A DNA stretch of 64,000 nt from Auanema rhodensis (lineage: Eukaryota > Animalia > Nematoda): contig OZ059899.1 of the NCBI GenBank assembly GCA_964057225.1, positions 9,982,001 through 10,046,000 of the forward strand. Direction: 5' to 3'. Below the pieces are notes generated by a model that worked only from the letters and a program-made list of their open reading frames with translations, ran no database searches and was not told where the DNA came from. Positions within the stretch are counted from its first letter, which is position 1; each line of letters opens with the position of its first letter. Shown here piece after piece: positions 25,901 to 39,721 of the stretch. The position numbers and the translations under genes were made by a program.

Positions 25901-28743
25901 AATCAGGATCAGTCTGTTCTGTTGGAGAACTGTAAGACATAAAATTTCAAACTAATAGGCTCTTTATCGAAGTAAATGTATAAGTTTAAATTGGATATCT
26001 AACAATCTTTTCATTTTGTTTATTATTGTTTGTTTTAAAATAGAAAAACTAGTTCTTTTCGTTCTAATTTCCATCCAAAATGCTTTCGAAATTTCTATCC
26101 AATATGCTTTTATATCAAACGAGAGTTTTATGTAATCATAGAGCAATCAGGATCAGTCTGTTCTGTTGGAGAACTGTAAGACATAAAATTTCAAACTAAT
26201 AGGCTCTTTATCGAAGTAAATGTATAAGTTTAAATTGGATATCTAACAATCTTTTCATTTTGTTTATTATTGTTTGTTTTAAAATAGAAAAAACTAGTTC
26301 TTTTCGTTCTAATTTCCATCCAAAATGCTTTCGAAATTTCTATCCAATATGCTTTTATATCAAACGAGAGTTTTATGTAATCGTAGAAAAATCAGGATCA
26401 GTCTGTTCTGTTGGAGAACTGTAAGACATAAAATTTCAAACTAATAGGCTCTTTATCGAAATAAATGTATAAGTTTAAATTGGATATCTAACAATCTTTT
26501 TCATTTTATTTCTTATTGTTTGTTTTAAAGTAGGAAAAACTAGTTCTTTTCTTTCTAATTTCCATCCCAAATGCTTTCGAATTCCAGAAAAAAATATATA
26601 CTGCCTTGTTCAACTAAGATTTCAGAAACTCTTATGAAAAAAAACTAAGACTATTGTGATGAGAGAAATTAAGAGAAAAACTATGGAGCTGACATTACAT
26701 TTTTCTACAATATCACTAGATTCGATATCATTGATATCCTGGAAACGTTATTCCTCTCCTTTTTGTATATCAAACGAAAGTTTTATGTAATCGTAGAAAA
26801 ATCAGGATAAGTCTGTTCTGTTGGAGAACTGTAAGACATAAAAATTCAATCTAATAGGCTCTTCATCGAAGTAAATGTATAAGTTAAAATTGGATATCTA
26901 ACAATCTTTTCATTTTGTTTATTATTGTTTGTTTTAAAATAGAAAAAACTAGTTCTTTTCGTTCTAATTTCCATCCAAAATGCTTTCGAAATTTCTATCC
27001 AATATGCTTTTATATCAAACGAGAGTTTTATGTAATCATAGAGAAATCAGGATCAGTCTGTTCTGTTGGAGAACTGTAAGACATAAAATTTCGAACTAAT
27101 AGGCTCTTTATCGAAGTAAATGTATAAGTTTACATTGGATATCTAACAATCTTTTTCATTTTATTTCTTATTGTTTGTTTTAAAGTAGAAAAAACTAGTT
27201 CTTTTCTTTCTAATTTCCATCCCAAATGCTTTCGAATTCCAGAAAAAAATATATACTGCCTTGTTCAACTAAGATTTCAGAAACTCTTATGAAAAAAAAC
27301 TAAGACTATTGTGATGAGAGAAATTAAGAGAAAAACTATGGAGCTGACATTACATTTTTCTACAATATCACTAGATTCGATATCATTGATATCCTGGAAA
27401 CGTTATTCCTCTCCTTTTTGTATATCAAACGAGAGTTTTATGTAATCGTAGAAAAATCAGGATCAGTCTGTTCTGTTGGAGAACTGTAAGACATAAAATT
27501 TCAAACTAATAGGCTCTTTATCGAAGTAAATGTATAAGTTTAAATTGGATATCTAACAATCTTTTTCATTTTATTTCTTATTGTTTGTTTTAAAGTAGGA
27601 AAAACTAGTTCTTTTCTTTCTAATTTCCATCCCAAATGCTTTCGAATTCCAGAAAAAAATATATACTGCCTTGTTCAACTAAGATTTCAGAAACTCTTAT
27701 GAAAAAAAACTAAGACTATTGTGATGAGAGAAATTAAGAGAAAAACTATGGAGCTGACATTACATTTTTCTACAATATCACTAGATTCGATATCATTGAT
27801 TTCCTGGAAACGTTATTCCTCTCCTTTTTGTATATCAAACGAGAGTTTTATGTAATCGTAGAAAAATCAGGATCAGTCTGTTCTGTTGGAGAACTGTAAG
27901 ACATAAAAATTCAATCTAATAGGCTCTTCATCGAAGTAAATGTATAAGTTAAAATTGGATATCTAACAATCTTTTCATTTTGTTTATTATTGTTTGTTTT
28001 CAAATAGAAAAAACTAGTTCTTTTCGTTCTAATTTCCATCCAAAATGCTTTCGAAATTTCTATCCAATATGCTTTTATATCAAACGAGAGTTTTATGTAA
28101 TCATAGAGAAATCAGGATCAGTCTGTTCTGTTGGAGAACTGTAAGACATAAAATTTCAAAGTAATAGGCTCTTTATCGAAGTAAATGTATAAGTTTAAAT
28201 TGGATATCTAACAATCTTTTTCATTTTATTTCTTATTGTTTGTTTTAAAGTAGGAAAAACTAGTTCTTTTCTTTCTAATTTCCATCCAAAATGCTTTCGA
28301 AATTTCTATCCAATATGCTTTTATATCAAACGAGAGTTTTATGTAATCATAGAGAAATCAGGATCAGTCTGTTCTGTTGGAGAACTGTAAGACATAAAAT
28401 TTCAAACTAATAGGCTCTTTATCGAAGTAAATGTATAAGTTTAAATTGGATATCTAACAATCTTTTTCATTTTATTTCTTATTGTTTGTTTTAAAGTAGG
28501 AAAAACTAGTTCTTTTCTTTCTAATTTTCATCCCAAATGCTTTCGAATTCCAGAAAAAAATATATACTGCCTTGTTCAACTAAGATTTCAGAAACTCTTA
28601 TGAAAAAAAACTAAGACTATTGTGATGAGAGAAATTAAGAGAAAAACTATGGAGCTGACATTACATTTTTCTACAATATCACTAGATTCGATATCATTGA
28701 TATCCTGGAAACGTTATTCCTCTCCTTTTTGTATATCAAACGA

Positions 28744-31700
28744 GAGTTTTATGTAATCGTAGAAAAATCAGGATCAGTCTGTTCTGTTGGAGAACTGTAA
28801 GACATAAAATTTCAAACTAATAGGCTCTTTATCGAAGTAAATGTATAAGTTTAAATTGGATATCTAACAATCTTTTTCATTTTATTTCTTATTGTTTGTT
28901 TTAAAGTAGGAAAAACTAGTTCTTTTTTTTCTAATTTCCATCCCAAATGCTTTCGAATTCCAGAAAAAAATATATACTGCCTTGTTCAACTAAGATTTCA
29001 GAAACTCTTATGAAAAAAAACTAAGACTATTGTGATGAGAGAAATTAAGAGAAAAACTATGGAGCTGACATTACATTTTTCTACAATATCACTAGATTCG
29101 ATATCATTGATTTCCTGGAAACGTTATTCCTCTCCTTTTTGTATATCAAACGAGAGTTTTATGTAATCGTAGAAAAATCAGGATCAGTCTGTTCTGTTGG
29201 AGAACTGTAAGACATAAAAATTCAATCTAATAGGCTCTTCATCGAAGTAAATGTATAAGTTAAAATTGGATATCTAACAATCTTTTCATTTTGTTTATTA
29301 TTGTTTGTTTTAAAATAGAAAAAACTAGTTCTTTTCGTTCTAATTTCCATCCAAAATGCTTTCGAAATTTCTATCCAATATGCTTTTATATCAAACGAGA
29401 GTTTTATGTAATCATAGAGAAATCAGGATCAGTCTGTTCTGTTGGAGAACAGTAAGACATAAAATTTCAAACTAATAGGCTCTTTATCGAAGTAAATGTA
29501 TAAGTTTAAATTGGATATCTAACAATCTTTTTCATTTTATTTCTTATTGTTTGTTTTAAAGTAGGAAAAACTAGTTCTTTTCTTTCTAATTTTCATCCCA
29601 AATGCTTTCGAATTCCAGAAAAAAATATATACTGCCTTGTTCAACTAAGATTTCAGAAACTCTTATGGAAAAAAACTAAGACTATTGTGATGAGAGAAAT
29701 TAAGAGAAAAACTATGGAGCTGACATTACATTTTTCTACAATATCACTAGATTCGATATCATTGATATCCTGGAAACGTTATTCCTCTCCTTTTTGTATA
29801 TCAAACGAGAGTTTTATGTAATCGTAGAAAAATCAGGATCAGTCTGTTCTGTTGGAGAACTGTAAGACATAAAATTTCAAACTAATAGGCTCTTTATCGA
29901 AGTAAATGTATAAGTTTAAATTGGATATCTAACAATCTTTTTCATTTTATTTCTTATTGTTTGTTTTAAAGTAGGAAAAACTAGTTCTTTTCTTTCTAAT
30001 TTTCATCCCAAATGCTTTCGAATTCCAGAAAAAAATATATACTGCCTTGTTCAACTAAGATTTCAGAAACTCTTATGGAAAAAAACTAAGACTATTGTGA
30101 TGAGAGAAATTAAGAGAAAAACTATGGAGCTGACATTACATTTTTCTACAATATCAATAGATTCGATATCATTGATATCCTGGAAACGTTATTCCTCTCC
30201 TTTTTGTATATCAAACGAGAGTTTTATGTAATCGTAGAAAAATCAGGATCAGTCTGTTCTGTTGGAGAACTGTAAGACATAAAATTTCAAACTAATAGGC
30301 TCTTTATCGAAGTAAATGTATAAGTTTAAATTGGATATCTAACAATCTTTTTCATTTTATTTCTTATTGTTTGTTTTAAAGTAGGAAAAACTAGTTCTTT
30401 TTTTTCTAATTTCCATCCCAAATGCTTTCGAATTCCAGAAAAAAATATATACTGCCTTGTTCAACTAAGATTTCAGAAACTCTTATGAAAAAAAACTAAG
30501 ACTATTGTGATGAGAGAAATTAAGAGAAAAACTATGGAGCTGACATTACATTTTTCTACAATATCACTAGATTCGATATCATTGATTTCCTGGAAACGTT
30601 ATTCCTCTCCTTTTTGTATATCAAACGAGAGTTTTATGTAATCGTAGAAAAATCAGGATCAGTCTGTTCTGTTGGAGAACTGTAAGACATAAAAATTCAA
30701 TCTAATAGGCTCTTCATCGAAGTAAATGTATAAGTTAAAATTGGATATCTAACAATCTTTTCATTTTGTTTATTATTGTTTGTTTTAAAATAGAAAAAAC
30801 TAGTTCTTTTCGTTCTAATTTCCATCCAAAATGCTTTCGAAATTTCTATCCAATATGCTTTTATATCAAACGAGAGTTTTATGTAATCATAGAGAAATCA
30901 GGATCAGTCTGTTCTGTTGGAGAACAGTAAGACATAAAATTTCAAACTAATAGGCTCTTTATCGAAGTAAATGTATAAGTTTAAATTGGATATCTAACAA
31001 TCTTTTTCATTTTATTTCTTATTGTTTGTTTTAAAGTAGGAAAAACTAGTTCTTTTCTTTCTAATTTTCATCCCAAATGCTTTCGAATTCCAGAAAAAAA
31101 TATATACTGCCTTGTTCAACTAAGATTTCAGAAACTCTTATGGAAAAAAACTAAGACTATTGTGATGAGAGAAATTAAGAGAAAAACTATGGAGCTGACA
31201 TTACATTTTTCTACAATATCACTAGATTCGATATCATTGATATCCTGGAAACGTTATTCCTCTCCTTTTTGTATATCAAACGAGAGTTTTATGTAATCGT
31301 AGAAAAATCAGGATCAGTCTGTTCTGTTGGAGAACTGTAAGACATAAAATTTCAAACTAATAGGCTCTTTATCGAAGTAAATGTATAAGTTTAAATTGGA
31401 TATCTAACAATCTTTTTCATTTTATTTCTTATTGTTTGTTTTAAAGTAGGAAAAACTAGTTCTTTTCTTTCTAATTTTCATCCCAAATGCTTTCGAATTC
31501 CAGAAAAAAATATATACTGCCTTGTTCAACTAAGATTTCAGAAACTCTTATGGAAAAAAACTAAGACTATTGTGATGAGAGAAATTAAGAGAAAAACTAT
31601 GGAGCTGACATTACATTTTTCTACAATATCAATAGATTCGATATCATTGATATCCTGGAAACGTTATTCCTCTCCTTTTTGTATATCAAACGAGAGTTTT

Positions 31701-33168
31701 ATGTAATCGTAGAAAAATCAGGATCAGTCTGTTCTGTTGGAGAACTGTAAGACATAAAATTTCAAACTAATAGGCTCTTTATCGAAGTAAATGTATAAGT
31801 TTAAATTGGATATCTAACAATCTTTTTCATTTTATTTCTTATTGTTTGTTTTAAAGTAGGAAAAACTAGTTCTTTTCTTTCTAATTTTCATCCCAAATGC
31901 TTTCGAATTCCAGAAAAAAATATATACTGCCTTGTTCAACTAAGATTTCAGAAACTCTTATGAAAAAAAACTAAGACTATTGTGATGAGAGAAATTAAGA
32001 GAAAAACTATGGAGCTGACATTACATTTTTCTACAATATCACTAGATTCGATATCATTGATATCCTGGAAACGTTATTCCTCTCCTTTTTGTATATCAAA
32101 CGAGAGTTTTATGTAATCGTAGAAAAATCAGGATCAGTCTGTTCTGTTGGAGAACTGTAAGACATAAAAATTCAATCTAATAGGCTCTTCATCGAAGTAA
32201 ATGTATAAGTTAAAATTGGATATCTAACAATCTTTTCATTTTGTTTATTATTGTTTGTTTTAAAATAGAAAAAACTAGTTCTTTTCGTTCTAATTTCCAT
32301 CCAAAATGCTTTCGAAATTTCTATCCAATATGCTTTTATATCAAACGAGAGTTTTATGTAATCATAGAGAAATCAGGATCAGTCTGTTCTGTTGGAGAAC
32401 AGTAAGACATAAAATTTCAAACTAATAGGCTCTTTATCGAAGTAAATGTATAAGTTTAAATTGGATATCTAACAATCTTTTTCATTTTATTTCTTATTGT
32501 TTGTTTTAAAGTAGGAAAAACTAGTTCTTTTCTTTCTAATTTTCATCCCAAATGCTTTCGAATTCCAGAAAAAAATATATACTGCCTTGTTCAACTAAGA
32601 TTTCAGAAACTCTTATGGAAAAAAACTAAGACTATTGTGATGAGAGAAATTAAGAGAAAAACTATGGAGCTGACATTACATTTTTCTACAATATCACTAG
32701 ATTCGATATCATTGATATCCTGGAAACGTTATTCCTCTCCTTTTTGTATATCAAACGAGAGTTTTATGTAATCGTAGAAAAATCAGGATCAGTCTGTTCT
32801 GTTGGAGAACTGTAAGACATAAAATTTCAAACTAATAGGCTCTTTATCGAAGTAAATGTATAAGTTTAAATTGGATATCTAACAATCTTTTTCATTTTAT
32901 TTCTTATTGTTTGTTTTAAAGTAGGAAAAACTAGTTCTTTTCTTTCTAATTTTCATCCCAAATGCTTTCGAATTCCAGAAAAAAATATATACTGCCTTGT
33001 TCAACTAAGATTTCAGAAACTCTTATGGAAAAAAACTAAGACTATTGTGATGAGAGAAATTAAGAGAAAAACTATGGAGCTGACATTACATTTTTCTACA
33101 ATATCAATAGATTCGATATCATTGATATCCTGGAAACGTTATTCCTCTCCTTTTTGTATATCAAACGA
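28744..33168 (+). repeat. Local higher-order repeat, 1475 bp (3L+1S) x3
   Basis: The variant AGAACAGTAAG is at 29451, 30926 and 32401, and ATATCAATAG is at ~30157, 31632 and 33107. All are 1475 apart. Confidence 0.9.
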
Positions 33169-36100
33169 GAGTTTTATGTAATCGTAGAAAAATCAGGATC
33201 AGTCTGTTCTGTTGGAGAACTGTAAGACATAAAATTTCAAACTAATAGGCTCTTTATCGAAGTAAATGTATAAGTTTAAATTGGATATCTAACAATCTTT
33301 TTCATTTTATTTCTTATTGTTTGTTTTAAAGTAGGAAAAACTAGTTCTTTTCTTTCTAATTTTCATCCCAAATGCTTTCGAATTCCAGAAAAAAATATAT
33401 ACTGCCTTGTTCAACTAAGATTTCAGAAACTCTTATGAAAAAAAACTAAGACTATTGTGATGAGAGAAATTAAGAGAAAAACTATGGAGCTGACATTACA
33501 TTTTTCTACAATATCACTAGATTCGATATCATTGATATCCTGGAAACGTTATTCCTCTCCTTTTTGTATATCAAACGAGAGTTTTATGTAATCGTAGAAA
33601 AATCAGGATCAGTCTGTTCTGTTGGAGAACTGTAAGACATAAAATTTCAAACTAATAGGCTCTTTATCGAAGTAAATGTATAAGTTTAAATTGGATATCT
33701 AACAATCTTTTTCATTTTATTTCTTATTGTTTGTTTTAAAGTAGGAAAAACTAGTTCTTTTCTTTCTAATTTCCATCCCAAATGCTTTCGAATTCCAGAA
33801 AAAAATATATACTGCCTTGTTCAACTAAGATTTCAGAAACTCTTATGAAAAAAAACTAAGACTATTGTGATGAGAGAAATTAAGAGAAAAACTATGGAGC
33901 TGACATTACATTTTTCTACAATATCACTAGATTCGATATCATTGATTTCCTGGAAACGTTATTCCTCTCCTTTTTGTATATCAAACGAGAGTTTTATGTA
34001 ATCGTAGAAAAATCAGGATCAGTCTGTTCTGTTGGAGAACTGTAAGACATAAAAATTCAATCTAATAGGCTCTTCATCGAAGTAAATGTATAAGTTAAAA
34101 TTGGATATCTAACAATCTTTTCATTTTGTTTATTATTGTTTGTTTTAAAATAGAAAAAACTAGTTCTTTTCGTTCTAATTTCCATCCAAAATGCTTTCGA
34201 AATTTCTATCCAATATGCTTTTATATCAAACGAGAGTTTTATGTAATCATAGAGAAATCAGGATCAGTCTGTTCTGTTGGAGAACTGTAAGACATAAAAT
34301 TTCAAACTAATAGGCTCTTTATCGAAGTAAATGTATAAGTTTAAATTGGATATCTAACAATCTTTTTCATTTTATTTCTTATTGTTTGTTTTAAAGTAGG
34401 AAAAACTAGTTCTTTTCTTTCTAATTTTCATCCCAAATGCTTTCGAATTCCAGAAAAAAATATATACTGCCTTGTTCAACTAAGATTTCAGAAACTCTTA
34501 TGAAAAAAAACTAAGACTATTGTGATGAGAGAAATTAAGAGAAAAACTATGGAGCTGACATTACATTTTTCTACAATATCACTAGATTCGATATCATTGA
34601 TATCCTGGAAACGTTATTCCTCTCCTTTTTGTATATCAAACGAGAGTTTTATGTAATCGTAGAAAAATCAGGATCAGTCTGTTCTGTTGGAGAACTGTAA
34701 GACATAAAATTTCAAACTAATAGGCTCTTTATCGAAGTAAATGTATAAGTTTAAATTGGATATCTAACAATCTTTTTCATTTTATTTCTTATTGTTTGTT
34801 TTAAAGTAGGAAAAACTAGTTCTTTTCTTTCTAATTTCCATCCCAAATGCTTTCGAATTCCAGAAAAAAATATATACTGCCTTGTTCAACTAAGATTTCA
34901 GAAACTCTTATGAAAAAAAACTAAGACTATTGTGATGAGAGAAATTAAGAGAAAAACTATGGAGCTGACATTACATTTTTCTACAATATCACTAGATTCG
35001 ATATCATTGATTTCCTGGAAACGTTATTCCTCTCCTTTTTGTATATCAAACGAGAGTTTTATGTAATCGTAGAAAAATCAGGATCAGTCTGTTCTGTTGG
35101 AGAACTGTAAGACATAAAAATTCAATCTAATAGGCTCTTCATCGAAGTAAATGTATAAGTTAAAATTGGATATCTAACAATCTTTTCATTTTGTTTATTA
35201 TTGTTTGTTTTAAAATAGAAAAAACTAGTTCTTTTCGTTCTAATTTCCATCCAAAATGCTTTCGAAATTTCTATCCAATATGCTTTTATATCAAACGAGA
35301 GTTTTATGTAATCATAGAGAAATCAGGATCAGTCTGTTCTGTTGGAGAACTGTAAGACATAAAATTTCAAACTAATAGGCTCTTTATCGAAGTAAATGTA
35401 TAAGTTTAAATTGGATATCTAACAATCTTTTTCATTTTATTTCTTATTGTTTGTTTTAAAGTAGGAAAAACTAGTTCTTTTCTTTCTAATTTTCATCCCA
35501 AATGCTTTCGAATTCCAGAAAAAAATATATACTGCCTTGTTCAACTAAGATTTCAGAAACTCTTATGAAAAAAAACTAAGACTATTGTGATGAGAGAAAT
35601 TAAGAGAAAAACTATGGAGCTGACATTACATTTTTCTACAATATCACTAGATTCGATATCATTGATATCCTGGAAACGTTATTCCTCTCCTTTTTGTATA
35701 TCAAACGAGAGTTTTATGTAATCGTAGAAAAATCAGGATCAGTCTGTTCTGTTGGAGAACTGTAAGACATAAAAATTCAATCTAATAGGCTCTTCATCGA
35801 AGTAAATGTATAAGTTAAAATTGGATATCTAACAATCTTTTCATTTTGTTTATTATTGTTTGTTTTAAAATAGAAAAAACTAGTTCTTTTCGTTCTAATT
35901 TCCATCCAAAATGCTTTCGAAATTTCTATCCAATATGCTTTTATATCAAACGAGAGTTTTATGTAATCATAGAGAAATCAGGATCAGTCTGTTCTGTTGG
36001 AGAACTGTAAAACATAAAATTTCAAACTAATAGGCTCTTTATCGAAGTAAATGTATAAGTTTAAATTGGATATCTAACAATCTTTTTCATTTTATTTCTT

Positions 36101-39100
36101 ATTGTTTGTTTTAAAGTAGGAAAAACTAGTTCTTTTCTTTCTAATTTTCATCCCAAATGCTTTCGAATTCCAGAAAAAAATATATACTGCCTTGTTCAAC
36201 TAAGATTTCAGAAACTCTTATGAAAAAAAACTAAGACTATTGTGATGAGAGAAATTAAGAGAAAAACTATGGAGCTGACATTACATTTTTCTACAATATC
36301 ACTAGATTCGATATCATTGATATCCTGGAAACGTTATTCCTCTCCTTTTTGTATATCAAACGAGAGTTTTATGTAATCGTAGAAAAATCAGGATCAGTCT
36401 GTTCTGTTGGAGAACTGTAAGACATAAAATTTCAATCTAATAGGCTCTTCATCGAAGTAAATGTATAAGTTAAAATTGGATATCTAACAATCTTTTCATT
36501 TTGTTTATTATTGTTTGTTTTAAAATAGAAAAAACTAGTTCTTTTCGTTCTAATTTCCATCCAAAATGCTTTCGAAATTTCTATCCAATATGCTTTTATA
36601 TCAAACGAGAGTTTTATGTAATCATAGAGCAATCAGGATCAGTCTGTTCTGTTGGAGAACTGTAAGACATAAAATTTCAAACTAATAGGCTCTTTATCGA
36701 AGTAAATGTATAAGTTTAAATTGGATATCTAACAATCTTTTTCATTTTATTTCTTATTGTTTGTTTTAAAGTAGGAAAAACTAGTTCTTTTCTTTCTAAT
36801 TTCCATCCCAAATGCTTTCGAATTCCAGAAAAAAATATATACTGCCTTGTTCAACTAAGATTTCAGAAACTCTTATGAAAAAAAACTAAGACTATTGTGA
36901 TGAGAGAAATTAAGAGAAAAACTATGGAGCTGACATTACATTTTTCTACAATATCACTAGATTCGATATCATTGATATCCTGGAAACGTTATTCCTCTCC
37001 TTTTTGTATATCAAACGAGAGTTTTATGTAATCGTAGAAAAATCAGGATCAGTCTGTTCTGTTGGAGAACTGTAAGACATAAAAATTCAATCTAATAGGC
37101 TCTTCATCGAAGTAAATGTATAAGTTAAAATTGGATATCTAACAATCTTTTTCATTTTATTTCTTATTGTTTGTTTTAAAGTAGGAAAAACTAGTTCTTT
37201 TCTTTCAAATTTCCATCCAAAATGCTTTCGAAATTTCTATCCAATATGCTTTTATATCAAACGAGAGTTTTATGTAATCATAGAGAAATCAGGATCAGTC
37301 TGTTCTGTTGGAGAACTGTAAGACATAAAAATTCAATCTAATAGGCTCTTCATCGAAGTAAATGTATAAGTTTAAATTGGATATCTAACAATCTTTTTCA
37401 TTTTATTTCTTATTGTTTGTTTTAAAGTAGGAAAAACTAGTTCTTTTCTTTCAAATTTCCATCCAAAATGCTTTCGAAATTTCTATCCAATATGCTTCTA
37501 TATCAAACGAGAGTTTTATGTAATCATAGAGCAATCAGGATCAGTCTGTTCTGTTGGAGAACTGTAAGACATAAAATTTCAAACTAATAGGCTCTTTATC
37601 GAAGTAAATGTATAAGTTTAAATTGGATATCTAACAATCTTTTCATTTTGTTTATTATTGTTTGTTTTAAAATAGAAAAACTAGTTCTTTTCGTTCTAAT
37701 TTCCATCCAAAATGCTTTCGAAATTTCTATCCAATATGCTTTTATATCAAACGAGAGTTTTATGTAATCATAGAGCAATCAGGATCAGTCTGTTCTGTTG
37801 GAGAACTGTAAGACATAAAATTTCAAACTAATAGGCTCTTTATCGAAGTAAATGTATAAGTTTAAATTGGATATCTAACAATCTTTTCATTTTGTTTATT
37901 ATTGTTTGTTTTAAAATAGAAAAAACTAGTTCTTTTCGTTCTAATTTCCATCCAAAATGCTTTCGAAATTTCTATCCAATATGCTTTTATATCAAACGAG
38001 AGTTTTATGTAATCATAGAGCAATCAGGATCAGTCTGTTCTGTTGGAGAACTGTAAGACATAAAATTTCAAACTAATAGGCTCTTTATCGAAGTAAATGT
38101 ATAAGTTTAAATTGGATATCTAACAATCTTTTTCATTTTATTTCTTATTGTTTGTTTTAAAGTAGGAAAAACTAGTTCTTTTCTTTCTAATTTTCATCCC
38201 AAATGCTTTCGAATTCCAGAAAAAAATATATACTGCCTTGTTCAACTAAGATTTCAGAAACTCTTATGAAAAAAAACTAAGACTATTGTGATGAGAGAAA
38301 TTAAGAGAAAAACTATGGAGCTGACATTACATTTTTCTACAATATCACTAGATTCGATATCATTGATATCCTGGAAACGTTATTCCTCTCCTTTTTGTAT
38401 ATCAAACGAGAGTTTTATGTAATCGTAGAAAAATCAGGATCAGTCTGTTCTGTTGGAGAACTGTAAGACATAAAATTTCAAACTAATAGGCTCTTTATCG
38501 AAGTAAATGTATAAGTTTAAATTGGATATCTAACAATCTTTTTCATTTTATTTCTTATTGTTTGTTTTAAAGTAGGAAAAACTAGTTCTTTTCTTTCTAA
38601 TTTCCATCCCAAATGCTTTCGAATTCCAGAAAAAAATATATACTGCCTTGTTCAACTAAGATTTCAGAAACTCTTATGAAAAAAAACTAAGACTATTGTG
38701 ATGAGAGAAATTAAGAGAAAAACTATGGAGCTGACATTACATTTTTCTACAATATCACTAGATTCGATATCATTGATTTCCTGGAAACGTTATTCCTCTC
38801 CTTTTTGTATATCAAACGAGAGTTTTATGTAATCGTAGAAAAATCAGGATCAGTCTGTTCTGTTGGAGAACTGTAAGACATAAAAATTCAATCTAATAGG
38901 CTCTTTATCGAAGTAAATGTATAAGTTTAAATTGGATATCTAACAATCTTTTTCATTTTATTTCTTATTGTTTGTTTTAAAGTAGGAAAAACTAGTTCTT
39001 TTCTTTCTAATTTCCATCCAAAATGCTTTCGAAATTTCTATCCAATATGCTTTTATATCAAACGAGAGTTTTATGTAATCATAGAGAAATCAGGATCAGT

Positions 39101-39721
39101 CTGTTCTGTTGGAGAACTGTAAGACATAAAATTTCAAACTAATAGGCTCTTTATCGAAGTAAATGTATAAGTTTAAATTGGATATCTAACAATCTTTTTC
39201 ATTTTATTTCTTATTGTTTGTTTTAAAGTAGGAAAAACTAGTTCTTTTCTTTCTAATTTCCATCCAAAATGCTTTCGAAATTTCTATCCAATATGCTTTT
39301 ATATCAAACGAGAGTTTTATGTAATCATAGAGAAATCAGGATCAGTCTGTTCTGTTGGAGAACTGTAAGACATAAAATTTCAAACTAATAGGCTCTTTAT
39401 CGAAGTAAATGTATAAGTTTAAATTGGATATCTAACAATCTTTTTCATTTTATTTCTTATTGTTTGTTTTAAAGTAGGAAAAACTAGTTCTTTTCTTTCT
39501 AATTTTCATCCCAAATGCTTTCGAATTCCAGAAAAAAATATATACTGCCTTGTTCAACTAAGATTTCAGAAACTCTTATGAAAAAAAACTAAGACTATTG
39601 TGATGAGAGAAATTAAGAGAAAAACTATGGAGCTGACATTACATTTTTCTACAATATCACTAGATTCGATATCATTGATATCCTGGAAACGTTATTCCTC
39701 TCCTTTTTGTATATCAAACGA

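Larger units (their letters stand above)
18843..37999 (+). repeat. Macro-repeat copy 1 (~19.2 kb higher-order unit)
   Basis: Colinear private variants shared with 38000-59940: GACAATAC 24405/46513, GAAGTAATTG ~25731/47839, GAAATAAATG ~26461/49960, AAACGAAAG ~26778/50277, CAAAGTAAT 28161/51660, TTATGGAAA ~29668/53659, GTAAAACAT 36011/57052. Confidence 0.88.
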